From a virus (taxonomy: Duplodnaviria; Caudoviricetes): a stretch of DNA of 51,826 nt. Of this stretch, positions 8,512 to 18,823 are shown piece after piece (the stretch's first letter is position 1; each line of letters begins with the position of its first letter). The DNA lies in IMG/VR virus record IMGVR_UViG_3300031902_000012, positions 1 to 51,826 of that record. One strand, written 5' to 3'. The position numbers and the translations under genes are program-made. The notes beneath the pieces were generated by a model. It worked only from the letters and a program-made list of their open reading frames with translations. It was not told the DNA's origin and did no database searches.

Positions 8512-9114
8512 ATGAAGAACTCCCTCTTTCGCCTGGTTCTGGCGCTGCTGCTGATCTCGGCGGCCAGCACGGCAGACGCGCAAGTCGTCACCAAGCAGCC
8601 CTTCTTCGCCCCGACAAACACATGGGTCGATCTGGCCAACGGCCCGATCGAAGTCATGCCGATCGAGGGCAGCGCGATCGTTTACACCTCGAGCGGCGGT
8701 GCCGGCGTCACCGGAACGTCCGCCGGCACCACCGCACTGACCTTGAGCGCCACGCCCGCAGTCGCGCCCTGCGTCGGATGCGTCATCACTTGCGCACCGA
8801 CCAACACGGCAGCGTGCACCATCCCGGCCAACACGACCGTGACCGCGTTCAACGGCACCACCGGCGTGACGACATCGGCCAGCACGACCGTAACGGCCGC
8901 GTCGCTTACCTGGGGTGCTGCGTGCCCTGTCACCGGCACGTTCCCGCCCGCGCCAAGCGCCACCGGCAACACCTTGAGCGCTCCGCTCAACCTGCGCGCC
9001 GGCGTCGACCCGTTCGTCTCGGGCATTCCGCTTTACACGGCCGGGCGCGTCTGCCTTTACGGCGGCCAGCAGCAGGGCGGCACGGTCGTAACCTTCGCGA
9101 TCGGCGCGCATTGA
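8512..9114 (+). CDS. Signal-peptide-bearing, Cys/Thr-rich putative virion appendage protein
   Basis: MKNSLFRLVLALLLISAASTADA|Q, with 6 Cys. Confidence 0.75.
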   Translation: MKNSLFRLVLALLLISAASTADAQVVTKQPFFAPTNTWVDLANGPIEVMPIEGSAIVYTSSGGAGVTGTSAGTTALTLSATPAVAPCVGCVITCAPTNTAACTIPANTTVTAFNGTTGVTTSASTTVTAASLTWGAACPVTGTFPPAPSATGNTLSAPLNLRAGVDPFVSGIPLYTAGRVCLYGGQQQGGTVVTFAIGAH

Positions 9115-9115
9115 T

Positions 9116-9493
9116 ATGGCCGGCGTCGACTCAGCGAACCAGTTTCCGAACTCCGCGATGGCCCGTGCGATTCGCATGGGCCAGTCGCAGATGCGAACGG
9201 TAGATTCGCCAGGGCGCATCGTGCTGCCGGCGCAAGAAAACGTATCGATCGCGTCGGCAGTCGGGCTGACCATCCCTGCGCCGTCGCTGGCGAACAACTG
9301 GACGGTCGTAACCTATGCCGTCGTGACCGCCGTTGGCGGCCCGCTCTATGTCACCTACGACGGATCGACACCATCAATCACCAACTACGCGGTTACAGTC
9401 AGTTCCGGCCAGTCCCTGTCGATCCAAGGTTCGGCGGCTCTCGCTGCCGCGAAGTTGCAAGGCACCTCCATGTCGGTCAGCTACTGGAGCTAG
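9116..9493 (+). CDS. Small beta-rich structural/adaptor protein
   Basis: 125 aa containing YVTYDGSTPS, with no signal peptide and no Cys. Confidence 0.65.
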   Translation: MAGVDSANQFPNSAMARAIRMGQSQMRTVDSPGRIVLPAQENVSIASAVGLTIPAPSLANNWTVVTYAVVTAVGGPLYVTYDGSTPSITNYAVTVSSGQSLSIQGSAALAAAKLQGTSMSVSYWS

Positions 9494-9497
9494 TCGA

Positions 9498-10991
9498 ATG
9501 AGAAAGTTTCTGGCGGCGGCCTTCACGCTATGCTTCGCGGGGGCCGCTTTCGCGCAAAACGGGCTGCCAGGCGGCACGGTCACCTCGATCGCATCGACCT
9601 GCGGCGTCTCCGGCGGCACGATTACCACGACGGGCACGCTTAAGGGCTCCGCGACGCCTAATGCTCAGGTTGGCACGTCCTACGCATTCCAAGATGGCGA
9701 TTGTGGCAAGGTCGTCACGTTTACGAACGCGGCGGCGATTGCTGCCACGATCGCGCAAGCCGGCGGTGGCGGCAACTTCGTCTCTGGTTGGTTCGCGACG
9801 CTGATTAATGAGGGCGCGGGAACGGTCACCTTGACGCCCGCGACCTCGACAGTTGACGGCGCGGCCAGCATCACATTGACGACCAACCAGAGCGTCGACC
9901 TGTTTTCGGACGGGACGAACTACTTCACGGCGCGCGGACGTGGTAGTTCGGTAACTCCGGGCGGAAGTTCCGGCAATCTCCAGACGAATAACGGTAGCGG
10001 CGGCTTCGCTGGCATGCCGTCGATGACTGGTGACGTCACGCTCAACACTGGCACGGGCGCCTCGACACTCAAAAATACAGGACCTGGGGCGACAGGGCCG
10101 ATTGGCTCGGCAACAGTAGTTCCGATTGTTACGATTGATGCCCAAGGCCGTATTACTGCGCTGACAAGCACCACCATCACGCAGCCCGCCGGTGCCAACC
10201 CAACGGCTACGGCAGGACCGACAGCAGTCAACGGCGTCGCAACGACATACATGCGATCAGATGCAGCGCCGGCCGTGCAGCAGGGATCAAGCTCGGTAAA
10301 AGGCGTCGTCCAGGTTGATAATACTTCTGTTACAGCATCTGCCGGCGTAATCGGAACGGCTGCGCATACTGGCGACTGCACAAGTTCGGCCGGCTCCCTC
10401 GCCCTTAAATGTCAGCCTCTGTACCCGCTCTATATCGCAAGCAATTGGTACAACGGCGGTGCTGACAGATTTACGTCGCAGGCTTCGTCATCGACAACCG
10501 GCGCAAATGTCGTCCGCTGCTATCCAGGGTATTTCTACGGCACTGCGACAGTGAGCACGCTTGGGGGGCGCGTCAATGCGACCTCTGGCAACGTGCAGCT
10601 TGCTGTCTACGCCAACGCGGCAGGGCGCCCAGATGGCGTTGCGTTAATGACAACTGGCAACATATCGGCGACGGTTGCCGGACCCGTCAGCGGCACCGTA
10701 AATAGCGCCACGCCAAAGCAGATCTCCGGCGTGCAGTTGGTATGGTGGTGCTCAAACGCTGACAATGCCACGGTTACTCTGTCAGGAGTCGGAGGCGGTA
10801 ACTTCGAAATGGGGGCGCTGATGGGAAGCGCCACGCAGGGTAATATCCTTGCCGGCGGTCCCGCGACGGTCATCGGTGTGACATTCACATCAACGTTCGG
10901 AACGTGGCCGAACGCGACTGGTAAGACGTTCACTGAGGCCGCGACGACGACGATGCCAATCGTGCAGTTTTTAGTTTCGAGCATCCCATGA
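9498..10991 (+). CDS. Tail fibre-like protein with a Sec signal peptide
   Basis: The true start is probably ATG 9498: MRKFLAAAFTLCFAGAAFA|Q. Fibre motifs GTVTSIA...GGTITTTGT and VTIDAQGRITA. Confidence 0.8.
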   Translation: MRKFLAAAFTLCFAGAAFAQNGLPGGTVTSIASTCGVSGGTITTTGTLKGSATPNAQVGTSYAFQDGDCGKVVTFTNAAAIAATIAQAGGGGNFVSGWFATLINEGAGTVTLTPATSTVDGAASITLTTNQSVDLFSDGTNYFTARGRGSSVTPGGSSGNLQTNNGSGGFAGMPSMTGDVTLNTGTGASTLKNTGPGATGPIGSATVVPIVTIDAQGRITALTSTTITQPAGANPTATAGPTAVNGVATTYMRSDAAPAVQQGSSSVKGVVQVDNTSVTASAGVIGTAAHTGDCTSSAGSLALKCQPLYPLYIASNWYNGGADRFTSQASSSTTGANVVRCYPGYFYGTATVSTLGGRVNATSGNVQLAVYANAAGRPDGVALMTTGNISATVAGPVSGTVNSATPKQISGVQLVWWCSNADNATVTLSGVGGGNFEMGALMGSATQGNILAGGPATVIGVTFTSTFGTWPNATGKTFTEAATTTMPIVQFLVSSIP

Positions 10992-13900
10992 TCAGAAGTG
11001 TTATCACCGCATTCATCATCGCTCTATTTGCGGCCGGCGGTGCTGAAGCTCGGCCAAGGGGCATTGTCGCGATCAACACGGGGTCATCGTTCAACGGTGG
11101 CGCGGTGCAAGTCAACTTTAACGATACTCAAGTTGACTTCGCTTGGCCGTTTACGAACTTCGTCAAGAATATGGCGACTTGGTCGCTCGTCAACAATCTT
11201 GGGTCGCCGTCGCCTGCGGACATTGATCTTTATGGATACCCTATTCCTGGGACCCCGACCATGGCGTCTTACGGGGGCGTCTACAACATTGTCCACATGC
11301 CAGCGGAGCTTTATGTAGTCGGCAACTGCATTCCAGCGCAGGCGTCGGGGTACTGCCTGTCGATGCGGGTTAACGGGAAAGGCACCGTACTCAACCCAGG
11401 CACGATAATCACGGGATCTGCGCCGGCCGCGAACATCACGACCGGATCGACGACTGTCCTAGGGTTCGCGGGGGTGGCGCAAGATTTCCGTGCTGGGATG
11501 GAAGTGCCGATTACGGGCGCGAGTGGCGTCGTCCAGGGCGCTAACGGCCCGCATCCTGGGAGCGGGTTATCTGCGGACGTGTTTACGGTTTGCACCGCCA
11601 ACCTGACTACGACACAGATACAACTGTGCTTGAATGATCAGGTAACACCGCTGCAAAGCACGGGGACCGCCAGCACGGCGGCTACCGTCTCGTATGGCCG
11701 TGCAGCGGTAGGGGTTGCTACAAAGGGTCGGTTCGTAACGGTCGTCAATGGGAGCCCGGAACAGTTCAGCGTAGGCATTACTGCAACGGACGCGACTTCG
11801 CCCATCACTTATGCCAACGACATCGACGCCGGGCTAGTGATGGTGTTGCAAGGTTCGGAGGAAACCAGATATCAAAGCGGTTGCACCGATTGCATATTTG
11901 GCTCGCAATTCTTGAGCCGGCTCAAGGGCTCGAATGTCGGGATCTTACGCGCTCTAAATTCCGTTGGCAGCAGTAACGCAACCAACTTCAGCCGCGAAGC
12001 TGTGTGGGCTGATCACAAGCCCGTCTCTTACGTAAATTGGGCATCTGACTACGTCACGGCGCAGACGGCAGTAAATTCAGGGACGAAGATATTTGCCGGA
12101 ACGACAACCAGCGTAGGGAACGATTATTCTGTTACGTTTGGTTCAGGTGCTCCCCCCGATAAGACGAGGTTGGTTGTCCAGTGGGATGCGCAAGCGGCTA
12201 GCACTAACAACTCAGGGAGTGGGGTCGCTGCTCAGGTTACGGCTACGTCTCATGGGCTAAGCGCAGGGGACCCGTTTAATTTTTTCTACACTTTTACCGG
12301 GGCCACAATCCCGACGTTCACCTCGACGTTTACCGGAACCGTGTCTGGCAACACTCTGACAGTTTCCGGTTCCAATGCCGCAATTCCATTTCCAGGTCGA
12401 GCCCAGTTTGGGTTTTCTGCTGGCGTCCAGGCAGGCACGACGACGGTAAGCGGTGCGTGCATCACGTCAGCTACGATAACCGCACAGCCGAGCGGGACAC
12501 CAAACGGCGATGGTAACTATACGATCAGCGGCGGTGCGCAGACTGCCGGTCCTTGCACCATGACGGCGACGGGTGCGATCCCGACGAGCGGTCAGAACCA
12601 ACCTGTCTATTTCGTCTCCAGTGTCATTGATGCTGATCATTTTACTTTCTCCCCAGCAAGCGGCGGCCCGACAGTTGCTACGACCAACAGCGGCGCAAAT
12701 CTGTTGGTGCACAAGGTTGTCGTCAATTCGTCGGTCACGTTCGCAGGCGGCAACACCGCAACTATCAATTGGGCGAACCACGGTCTTAATATAGGCGATT
12801 GGGTCGGCTTCTACGCAAATTCCGGTGGCCTTCCAACGGTACAGGCTACTGGGGCATTTATCCTAAACAACCTGCTCTATTGCGTCGTTTCCACCCCGAC
12901 GTCAGGAACAATCACTGTAGCATCAGCGTGCGGAGGAACCGCGCTGACGTTCTCGACCACAGGCGGCACGATCATCGCGTCTCGCGCTCCAACGCTCAAC
13001 TATAATGGCACGGGCGCTGTTCCCATCATGTCGGCACTGTCGCAGCCGATCGCAACTGGGCAGGCATCAGCGCCCTATGCTCGACTGTTTGGCAAAGCTC
13101 AGCAGTTCTCAGTTCTTGTTTATGACAAGCTGGTCAATGCTTGGCTCAAGGTCGGTTCGGACGGAAGCACGGGAACATCAGCCTATATGACTGGAGGGTG
13201 GCCTCCTGAAATATTTGTCAGGCTTTGCTATGTAATCGGGGCGCAGCCGTGGTTCGTATCACCACCATACACGCTTGACGGTTATACCGATCCGACAACG
13301 CACGTTGGCGGTATCACAGACTACATGCCAAGCTTGATGACCTACATCAGGGACAATTATCAAAACACGATCGCCCCGTGGATGGTCCCGTATATCGAAG
13401 TGCACAATGAGCTATGGAACAATCCGTTCCCTGGGACGCAGGTTTCTTACGCCCACTCTGGGGCGTACAGCGAATCGGGACGGCCTGTCTATGCCGGTTG
13501 GAACCCAACCGGCAGCAGCGTGAACGCATACGCAGGCAAGGTTGCATCTGTTCTTGGGCAGGCCGCACAGAACGTATACGGCGGAACGCTCGGGCAGAAG
13601 TATCATATGATACTTGGGTTTCAAACGGCCAGCATGGCAAATACGTCGGGTTCGGCGTCCCCGAACGGACCTGCGGCTAATGCTGAGCGTATGACTTCAT
13701 CCAACTATGTCGGCCAGACGGTTGCCGCGCAGTCTGGCTACGCTCTCGACCCCGCGAGTAAGTGGGTCTCCGATGTGGCGGGTACCGGATACGTTAACCC
13801 TGGGCAGTATACGACAGCAGACGAGACGGCAGAAGCCGCAACGTGGGCGGGCGGCGTTGTGGCCGGCTCTATCACGGCGGGGAATCCAGGAACCTTAAAT

Positions 13901-14788
13901 ATCACGACGTTCCGCATTGGAACAGTTGGCGTAGGCACGCAGATCAGCAGCGCAGGCGTTATTCCAGGCACCACGATCGCGGCTTGTCCTGGCGGCAATT
14001 GCTCAATAGCTGGAGCGTATACGCTTGACCGCGCCTACACGTCTCCGGTCGGGTCCAACGACTTCAGTACGTTTGCATCATCACCATCAGGCGCTCAAAA
14101 TATTGCATTGCAGACCTATATTGATTCCATGAACTACACTGCGCAGTTTACGGGCTCTGTGTCAGGCACCACTACTCTGACGGTATCAAGCGTCACGTCT
14201 GGGAAAATCTATCCGTCAACAGCGGGAGCCGGTGCCGTTATTCGGTCAAACGGTTTTCCAGATTTGTTGCTATGGGGTGCGGCGGCTCCTTCCTTGGTTG
14301 CGATTAAGCAGCAATTGACTGGGACGCCGAACGGCGTCGGTACGTATCTCCTTAGCTCGGCAGTGACGGCCTCCGGAACCATGTATTCAACTCACCAATT
14401 TGGGATCATGGGGCTTGACCAAGTATATGCTAACATTTCGATCTATGCGAATACGTATACGAACCGGGATAGTAAGCACCCTGGGATACTACAGTACGAG
14501 GGCAGCTACACTCCGGACTACGCCGTTCAAGGCGTGAACGGCGGGCGAAGCCAAGTGGATCAATTCAGGTGGGCAGGGAAAAATGTGGCCAGCACGCCTT
14601 TGATGGCAAACGGCATCCTCGGTTATATCCAGCTCAACAACACGACGTTTAAAAACCGTGGCGGCCTCTACCCGTCTTTGTTCCAGTTCTCTGGAAGAAA
14701 CCCAACCAATAACGACTGGTCGGCTCTCGAAGATATATACCAGCAGACGCAATCACCCATTTGGAACGGGTTTAATACATGGCATTGA
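10988..14788 (+). CDS. Large spike/depolymerase-like protein with a signal peptide and split glycoside-hydrolase-like motifs
   Basis: MIRSVITAFIIALFAAGGAEA|R. YIEVHNELWN and LQYEG motifs. Inserted repeats (HGLSAGD/HGLNIGD; FTGxVSG-TLTVS). Lower GC than the flanks. Confidence 0.7.
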   Translation: MIRSVITAFIIALFAAGGAEARPRGIVAINTGSSFNGGAVQVNFNDTQVDFAWPFTNFVKNMATWSLVNNLGSPSPADIDLYGYPIPGTPTMASYGGVYNIVHMPAELYVVGNCIPAQASGYCLSMRVNGKGTVLNPGTIITGSAPAANITTGSTTVLGFAGVAQDFRAGMEVPITGASGVVQGANGPHPGSGLSADVFTVCTANLTTTQIQLCLNDQVTPLQSTGTASTAATVSYGRAAVGVATKGRFVTVVNGSPEQFSVGITATDATSPITYANDIDAGLVMVLQGSEETRYQSGCTDCIFGSQFLSRLKGSNVGILRALNSVGSSNATNFSREAVWADHKPVSYVNWASDYVTAQTAVNSGTKIFAGTTTSVGNDYSVTFGSGAPPDKTRLVVQWDAQAASTNNSGSGVAAQVTATSHGLSAGDPFNFFYTFTGATIPTFTSTFTGTVSGNTLTVSGSNAAIPFPGRAQFGFSAGVQAGTTTVSGACITSATITAQPSGTPNGDGNYTISGGAQTAGPCTMTATGAIPTSGQNQPVYFVSSVIDADHFTFSPASGGPTVATTNSGANLLVHKVVVNSSVTFAGGNTATINWANHGLNIGDWVGFYANSGGLPTVQATGAFILNNLLYCVVSTPTSGTITVASACGGTALTFSTTGGTIIASRAPTLNYNGTGAVPIMSALSQPIATGQASAPYARLFGKAQQFSVLVYDKLVNAWLKVGSDGSTGTSAYMTGGWPPEIFVRLCYVIGAQPWFVSPPYTLDGYTDPTTHVGGITDYMPSLMTYIRDNYQNTIAPWMVPYIEVHNELWNNPFPGTQVSYAHSGAYSESGRPVYAGWNPTGSSVNAYAGKVASVLGQAAQNVYGGTLGQKYHMILGFQTASMANTSGSASPNGPAANAERMTSSNYVGQTVAAQSGYALDPASKWVSDVAGTGYVNPGQYTTADETAEAATWAGGVVAGSITAGNPGTLNITTFRIGTVGVGTQISSAGVIPGTTIAACPGGNCSIAGAYTLDRAYTSPVGSNDFSTFASSPSGAQNIALQTYIDSMNYTAQFTGSVSGTTTLTVSSVTSGKIYPSTAGAGAVIRSNGFPDLLLWGAAAPSLVAIKQQLTGTPNGVGTYLLSSAVTASGTMYSTHQFGIMGLDQVYANISIYANTYTNRDSKHPGILQYEGSYTPDYAVQGVNGGRSQVDQFRWAGKNVASTPLMANGILGYIQLNNTTFKNRGGLYPSLFQFSGRNPTNNDWSALEDIYQQTQSPIWNGFNTWH

Positions 14789-15099
14789 TCTCTGACCCGA
14801 AGACCAAATGCCCGGCGACCGGTTTCAAAAGCAAGTGCTCGACACTGGCCGCGTGCTGCCCGAAGTTCGTGACGATTCGGGGTCGAGATCCGCAAACCGG
14901 GGTTGAGACTGACCGATCGGGCTGTGTCGACAGCTTCCTGCCCATGCTGCTGATCGAGAATGCTCAGGTGTCGCGCCAGACAGGCGCGGCGGTCGAAACG
15001 CTTCGGAACGAAGTTGCAAAAGACCGCGTTGCATCCGAAGATGCTAGGCAACAGGCGTTGCATGCCTTAGGTGGTACGCAGCGCCGAATTTCAGGGTAA
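14779..15099 (+). CDS. Cys-rich tail-fibre-associated protein
   Basis: CP...C...CPKF..IRG.DPQTG...GC...LPMLLIEN..QTGAAVE, a family commonly seen beside phage fibre genes. Confidence 0.65.
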   Translation: MALISDPKTKCPATGFKSKCSTLAACCPKFVTIRGRDPQTGVETDRSGCVDSFLPMLLIENAQVSRQTGAAVETLRNEVAKDRVASEDARQQALHALGGTQRRISG

Positions 15100-15115
15100 C
15101 CTCGGATGGTTTACG

Positions 15116-15325
15116 ATGACGCTAGAAACGCTCTACGGCTTCGTGAATGGACACGGGGTCGAAGGGGTCCTGCTCGTCTGGCTGTGGCTGGAGCGGGACG
15201 AGAGAGTTTCCTCACAGAGGGAACTGTCGAAAATATCGCAAGACACCGTGATGGCCCTGAACGGAATGCGGGGGCTGCTGGACCAAGCAGTGAGCCTTCT
15301 GCATGGTCATGGAAAACGACAATGA
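15116..15325 (+). CDS. Small membrane protein, holin-like
   Basis: One hydrophobic segment followed by a charged helix. Confidence 0.5.
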   Translation: MTLETLYGFVNGHGVEGVLLVWLWLERDERVSSQRELSKISQDTVMALNGMRGLLDQAVSLLHGHGKRQ

Positions 15326-15501
15326 GCCCTTGGGTGCGGCTGCTCGAAAAGTTGGCCCGCGTCCCGCACCGCTGCGCGGACTCTGATCGCGTCCACGAAG
15401 CTGCAATCGAAATGGGGCACGCTGCAACCCGGCTCCGCGCCTGCCTGGAGCTTCAAGACCCGGTCGCGGCAACCGCGGTGTTCTTTCTCTCCGAAAAATA
15501 G
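15322..15501 (+). CDS. Hypothetical protein
   Basis: ATGA-coupled ORF beginning MSPWVRLLEK. Confidence 0.5.
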   Translation: MSPWVRLLEKLARVPHRCADSDRVHEAAIEMGHAATRLRACLELQDPVAATAVFFLSEK

Positions 15502-15509
15502 GTGGCTTC

Positions 15510-15977
15510 GTGCAGAAAGTGCTCAACTATATCGCGGAGATCGCCAACGCAGATTCCGCGATCGTGGCGAACGTGTTCTGGTTGGTGCTGTTCGCCCACG
15601 TCGGCAGCGTCTACCGGCGCCTGCAGCAGTCGGACCCGGCCAACCCGGAGACGGTCAGCGTTGCTTACGCTGACGTGCTCCGCACCATGTTGCTCAACGG
15701 AATTGCGATGTGGGTTGAATGGTTCGGCGTGGTCATCACTCGCGACACAGTTTTTTACTGGCGGCGCTTCGGCGGGGTGTCCGGTGGTGCCGGCCCGATG
15801 ACGCCGGCGCAAACCGGTGCGATGGTCGTCGGCGCGACCCTGATGATTATTGGGACAGTGTTCATGACCTATGTCTTGAGCCGTCGCACCCTCGGGCATT
15901 CGCCATGGGTGGCCTCGGTCGTGGCGGTCACCGTCACAACGTTCGTCTATCTGGCCTTCTTCCCTTGGACCGGGTGA
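15510..15977 (+). CDS. Multi-pass membrane protein
   Basis: About four hydrophobic segments. Confidence 0.65.
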   Translation: MQKVLNYIAEIANADSAIVANVFWLVLFAHVGSVYRRLQQSDPANPETVSVAYADVLRTMLLNGIAMWVEWFGVVITRDTVFYWRRFGGVSGGAGPMTPAQTGAMVVGATLMIIGTVFMTYVLSRRTLGHSPWVASVVAVTVTTFVYLAFFPWTG

Positions 15978-16028
15978 TGTGTTAGACCTGGAACTGCATC
16001 ACGTCCGGGGCAGCTGGGAGACACGCAC

Positions 16029-16316
16029 ATGACCGTCAAGTCCGACCTGCAGGGCATTGTCGACAGCCTTGAGGCCCTTATGGTCAGGGCCGACGCGCTA
16101 GAGAACAAGCACCTGCGCGATATGCTGGATCTCGGCCGGGGCCGTCTGATCGACGCCGCCAAGCATCCCGACATCGAGCTGATCGAGAAGGACGCGCCGC
16201 CCGAGCCGGGCAAGAATCCCGGCTTCGCGCACCCTGACGACGTTAGCCTCAATCCGGACGGCACGCTGCAGCAGGCGCCAAACGTCGTTGGCCGCGCGGA
16301 CGTGCGTAAGGAGTAG
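16029..16316 (+). CDS. Hypothetical protein
   Basis: 95-aa ORF with a GGGAG RBS. Confidence 0.65.
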   Translation: MTVKSDLQGIVDSLEALMVRADALENKHLRDMLDLGRGRLIDAAKHPDIELIEKDAPPEPGKNPGFAHPDDVSLNPDGTLQQAPNVVGRADVRKE

Positions 16317-16322
16317 CCCTGC

Positions 16323-16505
16323 GTGAGCAAAGGCCTGCCCAGCAAAGCGAAGGTTGGCGTACCGGGCCGGTACGTCAATATCAGCCCTGACACCTATTTC
16401 ATCGCCAAGCGGATGGAAATGGTGGGCAGGCTTCGCCCTGGGCAGGCCTTGATGCTTGCGGCCACGTTGCCGAACAAGGCGCCGAAGAAAGGTAAGAAGG
16501 CATGA
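16323..16505 (+). CDS. Small basic protein
   Basis: AAGGAG RBS; Lys-rich. Confidence 0.55.
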   Translation: MSKGLPSKAKVGVPGRYVNISPDTYFIAKRMEMVGRLRPGQALMLAATLPNKAPKKGKKA

Positions 16506-16708
16506 CCAGTTTCAAGGGCCGTACCGCGTTCATGAAGGACGGCAAGGGTAAGGACACCAAGTACGGCGGTCGGTCCGCGTTGGGCAAGAAGATGGGCAAC
16601 GTCGACAAGGCGGCCGACATCGACGACAGCAACCGCCGCGTCGCCAAGTCCCGCGTAGGCGATGGCGGGGGTTGCTCGACTGTGTTCCACTCGCGGTTTG
16701 GAAAGTAG
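16502..16708 (+). CDS. Small Lys/Gly-rich basic protein
   Basis: ATGA-coupled, 68 aa. Confidence 0.6.
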   Translation: MTSFKGRTAFMKDGKGKDTKYGGRSALGKKMGNVDKAADIDDSNRRVAKSRVGDGGGCSTVFHSRFGK

Positions 16709-17125
16709 ATGTTCTACCGGCCGGGCGGCAGCGCAGGGCGGATCAACGCGCAGTACGATCAGGTCTACACGGACCAGATCGGCGGTGCGACCGCGTGGCT
16801 GCCGATCAACGAGGGCTTCAAGATCGCGGTCAATATTGCTCGCGCCTCGATCGTGTTCGGCAACTCGGCGGCCAGCGCCGTGACGCCATCGCCGATCGCG
16901 CCCGAGGTCCAGGTGTTGATGGAGCGCAAGATGTTCGGCGGCGACCCGGATGCCGCTGCGATCGCGGTCAACCAGTGGCAGAACGAGGTCATCGCGACGA
17001 CAGTCAAGGCGCAGGCCATGGGCTGGGTGCGGCTCCGCGTTGTGAACATCAACAACAGCGACGGGACCGGCGTGCTGCTGGCGCTGCAGATCAGCAAGAA
17101 CGGCGACGCCAATGTCGGGGTTTGA
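16709..17125 (+). CDS. Putative virion structural protein
   Basis: Beta-rich 138-aa ORF with WVRLRV near the C-terminus. Confidence 0.65.
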   Translation: MFYRPGGSAGRINAQYDQVYTDQIGGATAWLPINEGFKIAVNIARASIVFGNSAASAVTPSPIAPEVQVLMERKMFGGDPDAAAIAVNQWQNEVIATTVKAQAMGWVRLRVVNINNSDGTGVLLALQISKNGDANVGV

Positions 17126-18059
17126 GACCGGGGCGCGCGTCAAGCAGTTCGGCTCAATCTTGCGCGGCTTCGGGCCGCCGGTGCCGCAGGCCGGCGTTGT
17201 CGGGGACCTCTACGTCGACACGCAGACCTGGCAGCTTTTCAATAAGCGATTCGCCGAAGCGGGCGTCGACCCGTGGGGGCACTACCTGTTCATCGTCCCG
17301 CCGACCTACCGCACGACCCTGAAATGGTTCAGCGCCTACCCGCCCGGTGACGACATTGGCGTGAACGGCGATTATTGCCTGGCGTGGGCAGGCTGGGCCA
17401 ATTACGGCCTGCAGCCCTCAATTTACGGCCCGAAGGCGCTCGGCACCTGGCCCGAAAACGGCAACGGCCCCAACACCACGATCGCGGCGCTCGGTGCCGG
17501 CACGGTGTTGCCGGTCGGCCTGCTGGACGAAGGCAGCGCCATTACCTACTCGACGTCGTCGCAGTTGATCGTCGTTGGCCTGCTCGACGAATATATTCTG
17601 GCTGTCCCGGCGACCGCGAACGCTGGCGACCCGGTGTCGCAGCTCGGCTTGCAGTCGGGGCCGGCGCTCGTGCCCGTCACCCTCAACCCGCTTTACACCG
17701 CAACGGACGAGATAATCCTCAGCGGCAGCGCCGGTACAGCTCGGCTTCCAGCCGCCGCCGCGACGGTCGTCATCGCGGTGTCGGATCTTGAGGTCGGCAT
17801 CGATTCGGCGTCGGCGCCAACCTCGGTCACGCTGCCGAGCGTCGCTGCGTGGGCCGCGGCCAACCCGAGCAGCCTGGAATTGACCGTGTTCGATTACACC
17901 GGCCACGCGCTCGCGAACAACATCACGCCGACGCTGAACGGGACCGACGTGTTCACGCAGGGCGTCGTGCCCGTGATCTTGAACAACTACGGCGAGTTCA
18001 AGCTGCGTCCGATCATCACCGGCGGCGTCAACCAGTGGTTTGTGAGGGCCGTCGGATGA
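17112..18059 (+). CDS. Tail/fibre adaptor-like protein, paralogue A1
   Basis: N-terminal ~120 aa paralogous to 18820-19230. GVVGDLY and GVNGDY motifs. C-terminal TLP...D...N.IT domain. Confidence 0.75.
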   Translation: MSGFETGARVKQFGSILRGFGPPVPQAGVVGDLYVDTQTWQLFNKRFAEAGVDPWGHYLFIVPPTYRTTLKWFSAYPPGDDIGVNGDYCLAWAGWANYGLQPSIYGPKALGTWPENGNGPNTTIAALGAGTVLPVGLLDEGSAITYSTSSQLIVVGLLDEYILAVPATANAGDPVSQLGLQSGPALVPVTLNPLYTATDEIILSGSAGTARLPAAAATVVIAVSDLEVGIDSASAPTSVTLPSVAAWAAANPSSLELTVFDYTGHALANNITPTLNGTDVFTQGVVPVILNNYGEFKLRPIITGGVNQWFVRAVG

Positions 18060-18823
18060 GACTGATTGCGGCAGTACTGCTGACCTTTTTCTCGAACGTG
18101 GCGTTCGCGCAGTCGGGCCTCATTCCGCAGAACTCGGTCGTGGCGGGGCCGACGGCCGGCGGCCAGGGCTTTCCGCGCGCCAGGTCGCTCACGGCCGCGG
18201 ATCTGCCGTTTCTCGGCACTGGTGTGGGGGCCGCACTCGGCACAGCCGTAGGCTCGGCGGGGTCGGTCGTCCTCAATGGCGGCGCGCTCGGTACGCCTTC
18301 GTCAGGCGTCGGAACGAACCTCACCGCGCTAAATGCATCCAACCTCGCGAGCGGCACCGTGCCAACTGCGCAGCTGCCCGCCGGCCAGTACCCGGGTACG
18401 GCGACGAACGACAACGCCTGCACGACATGTGCCGGGGCATTCCTTTCGTCGAACGTCATCGTCGCTTCGGCGGTGTCGCTCACGACCGCGACGCCCAAGG
18501 ACATCACCACGCTGACCTTGACCGCGGGCGATTGGGACGTGTCGGGCATGTGCGAGACGCAGCCGACCGGCGGCGCCGTCGTGACCGGGTTCATATGCGC
18601 GATCGGGCCGACGCTGAACACGCTCAACACGACGGTGTCGGACAGCAGCGCTTTCAGCCTGGACAGCTCGACGCAGGCCGCGAGTGCGAACCTGTCGCTC
18701 ACGACGGACACGGCCCGCATTTCCTTGGCCGGATCTGCGACGTACCACCTCGTGGCGCAGGCGACGTTTGCGAGCGGCACGGTGGGCGGGTTTGGCAAGA
18801 TCAGAGCGCGGCGGATGCGATGA
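18056..18823 (+). CDS. Fibre-like protein with a Sec signal peptide
   Basis: ATG 18056 overlaps the upstream stop. MRLIAAVLLTFFSNVAFA|Q. Motifs LTALNASNLASGTV and LTLTAGDWDV, ending ARRMR. Confidence 0.8.
   Translation: MRLIAAVLLTFFSNVAFAQSGLIPQNSVVAGPTAGGQGFPRARSLTAADLPFLGTGVGAALGTAVGSAGSVVLNGGALGTPSSGVGTNLTALNASNLASGTVPTAQLPAGQYPGTATNDNACTTCAGAFLSSNVIVASAVSLTTATPKDITTLTLTAGDWDVSGMCETQPTGGAVVTGFICAIGPTLNTLNTTVSDSSAFSLDSSTQAASANLSLTTDTARISLAGSATYHLVAQATFASGTVGGFGKIRARRMR

Noticed and set aside
9333-9497. Longer N-termini given by the ORF track for 9333, 17849, 18427, 20918 and 23263
   Set aside because: They overlap real upstream genes. The downstream ATGs have an RBS or ATGA coupling, and for 9498, 18056 and 21002 they expose the signal peptides.
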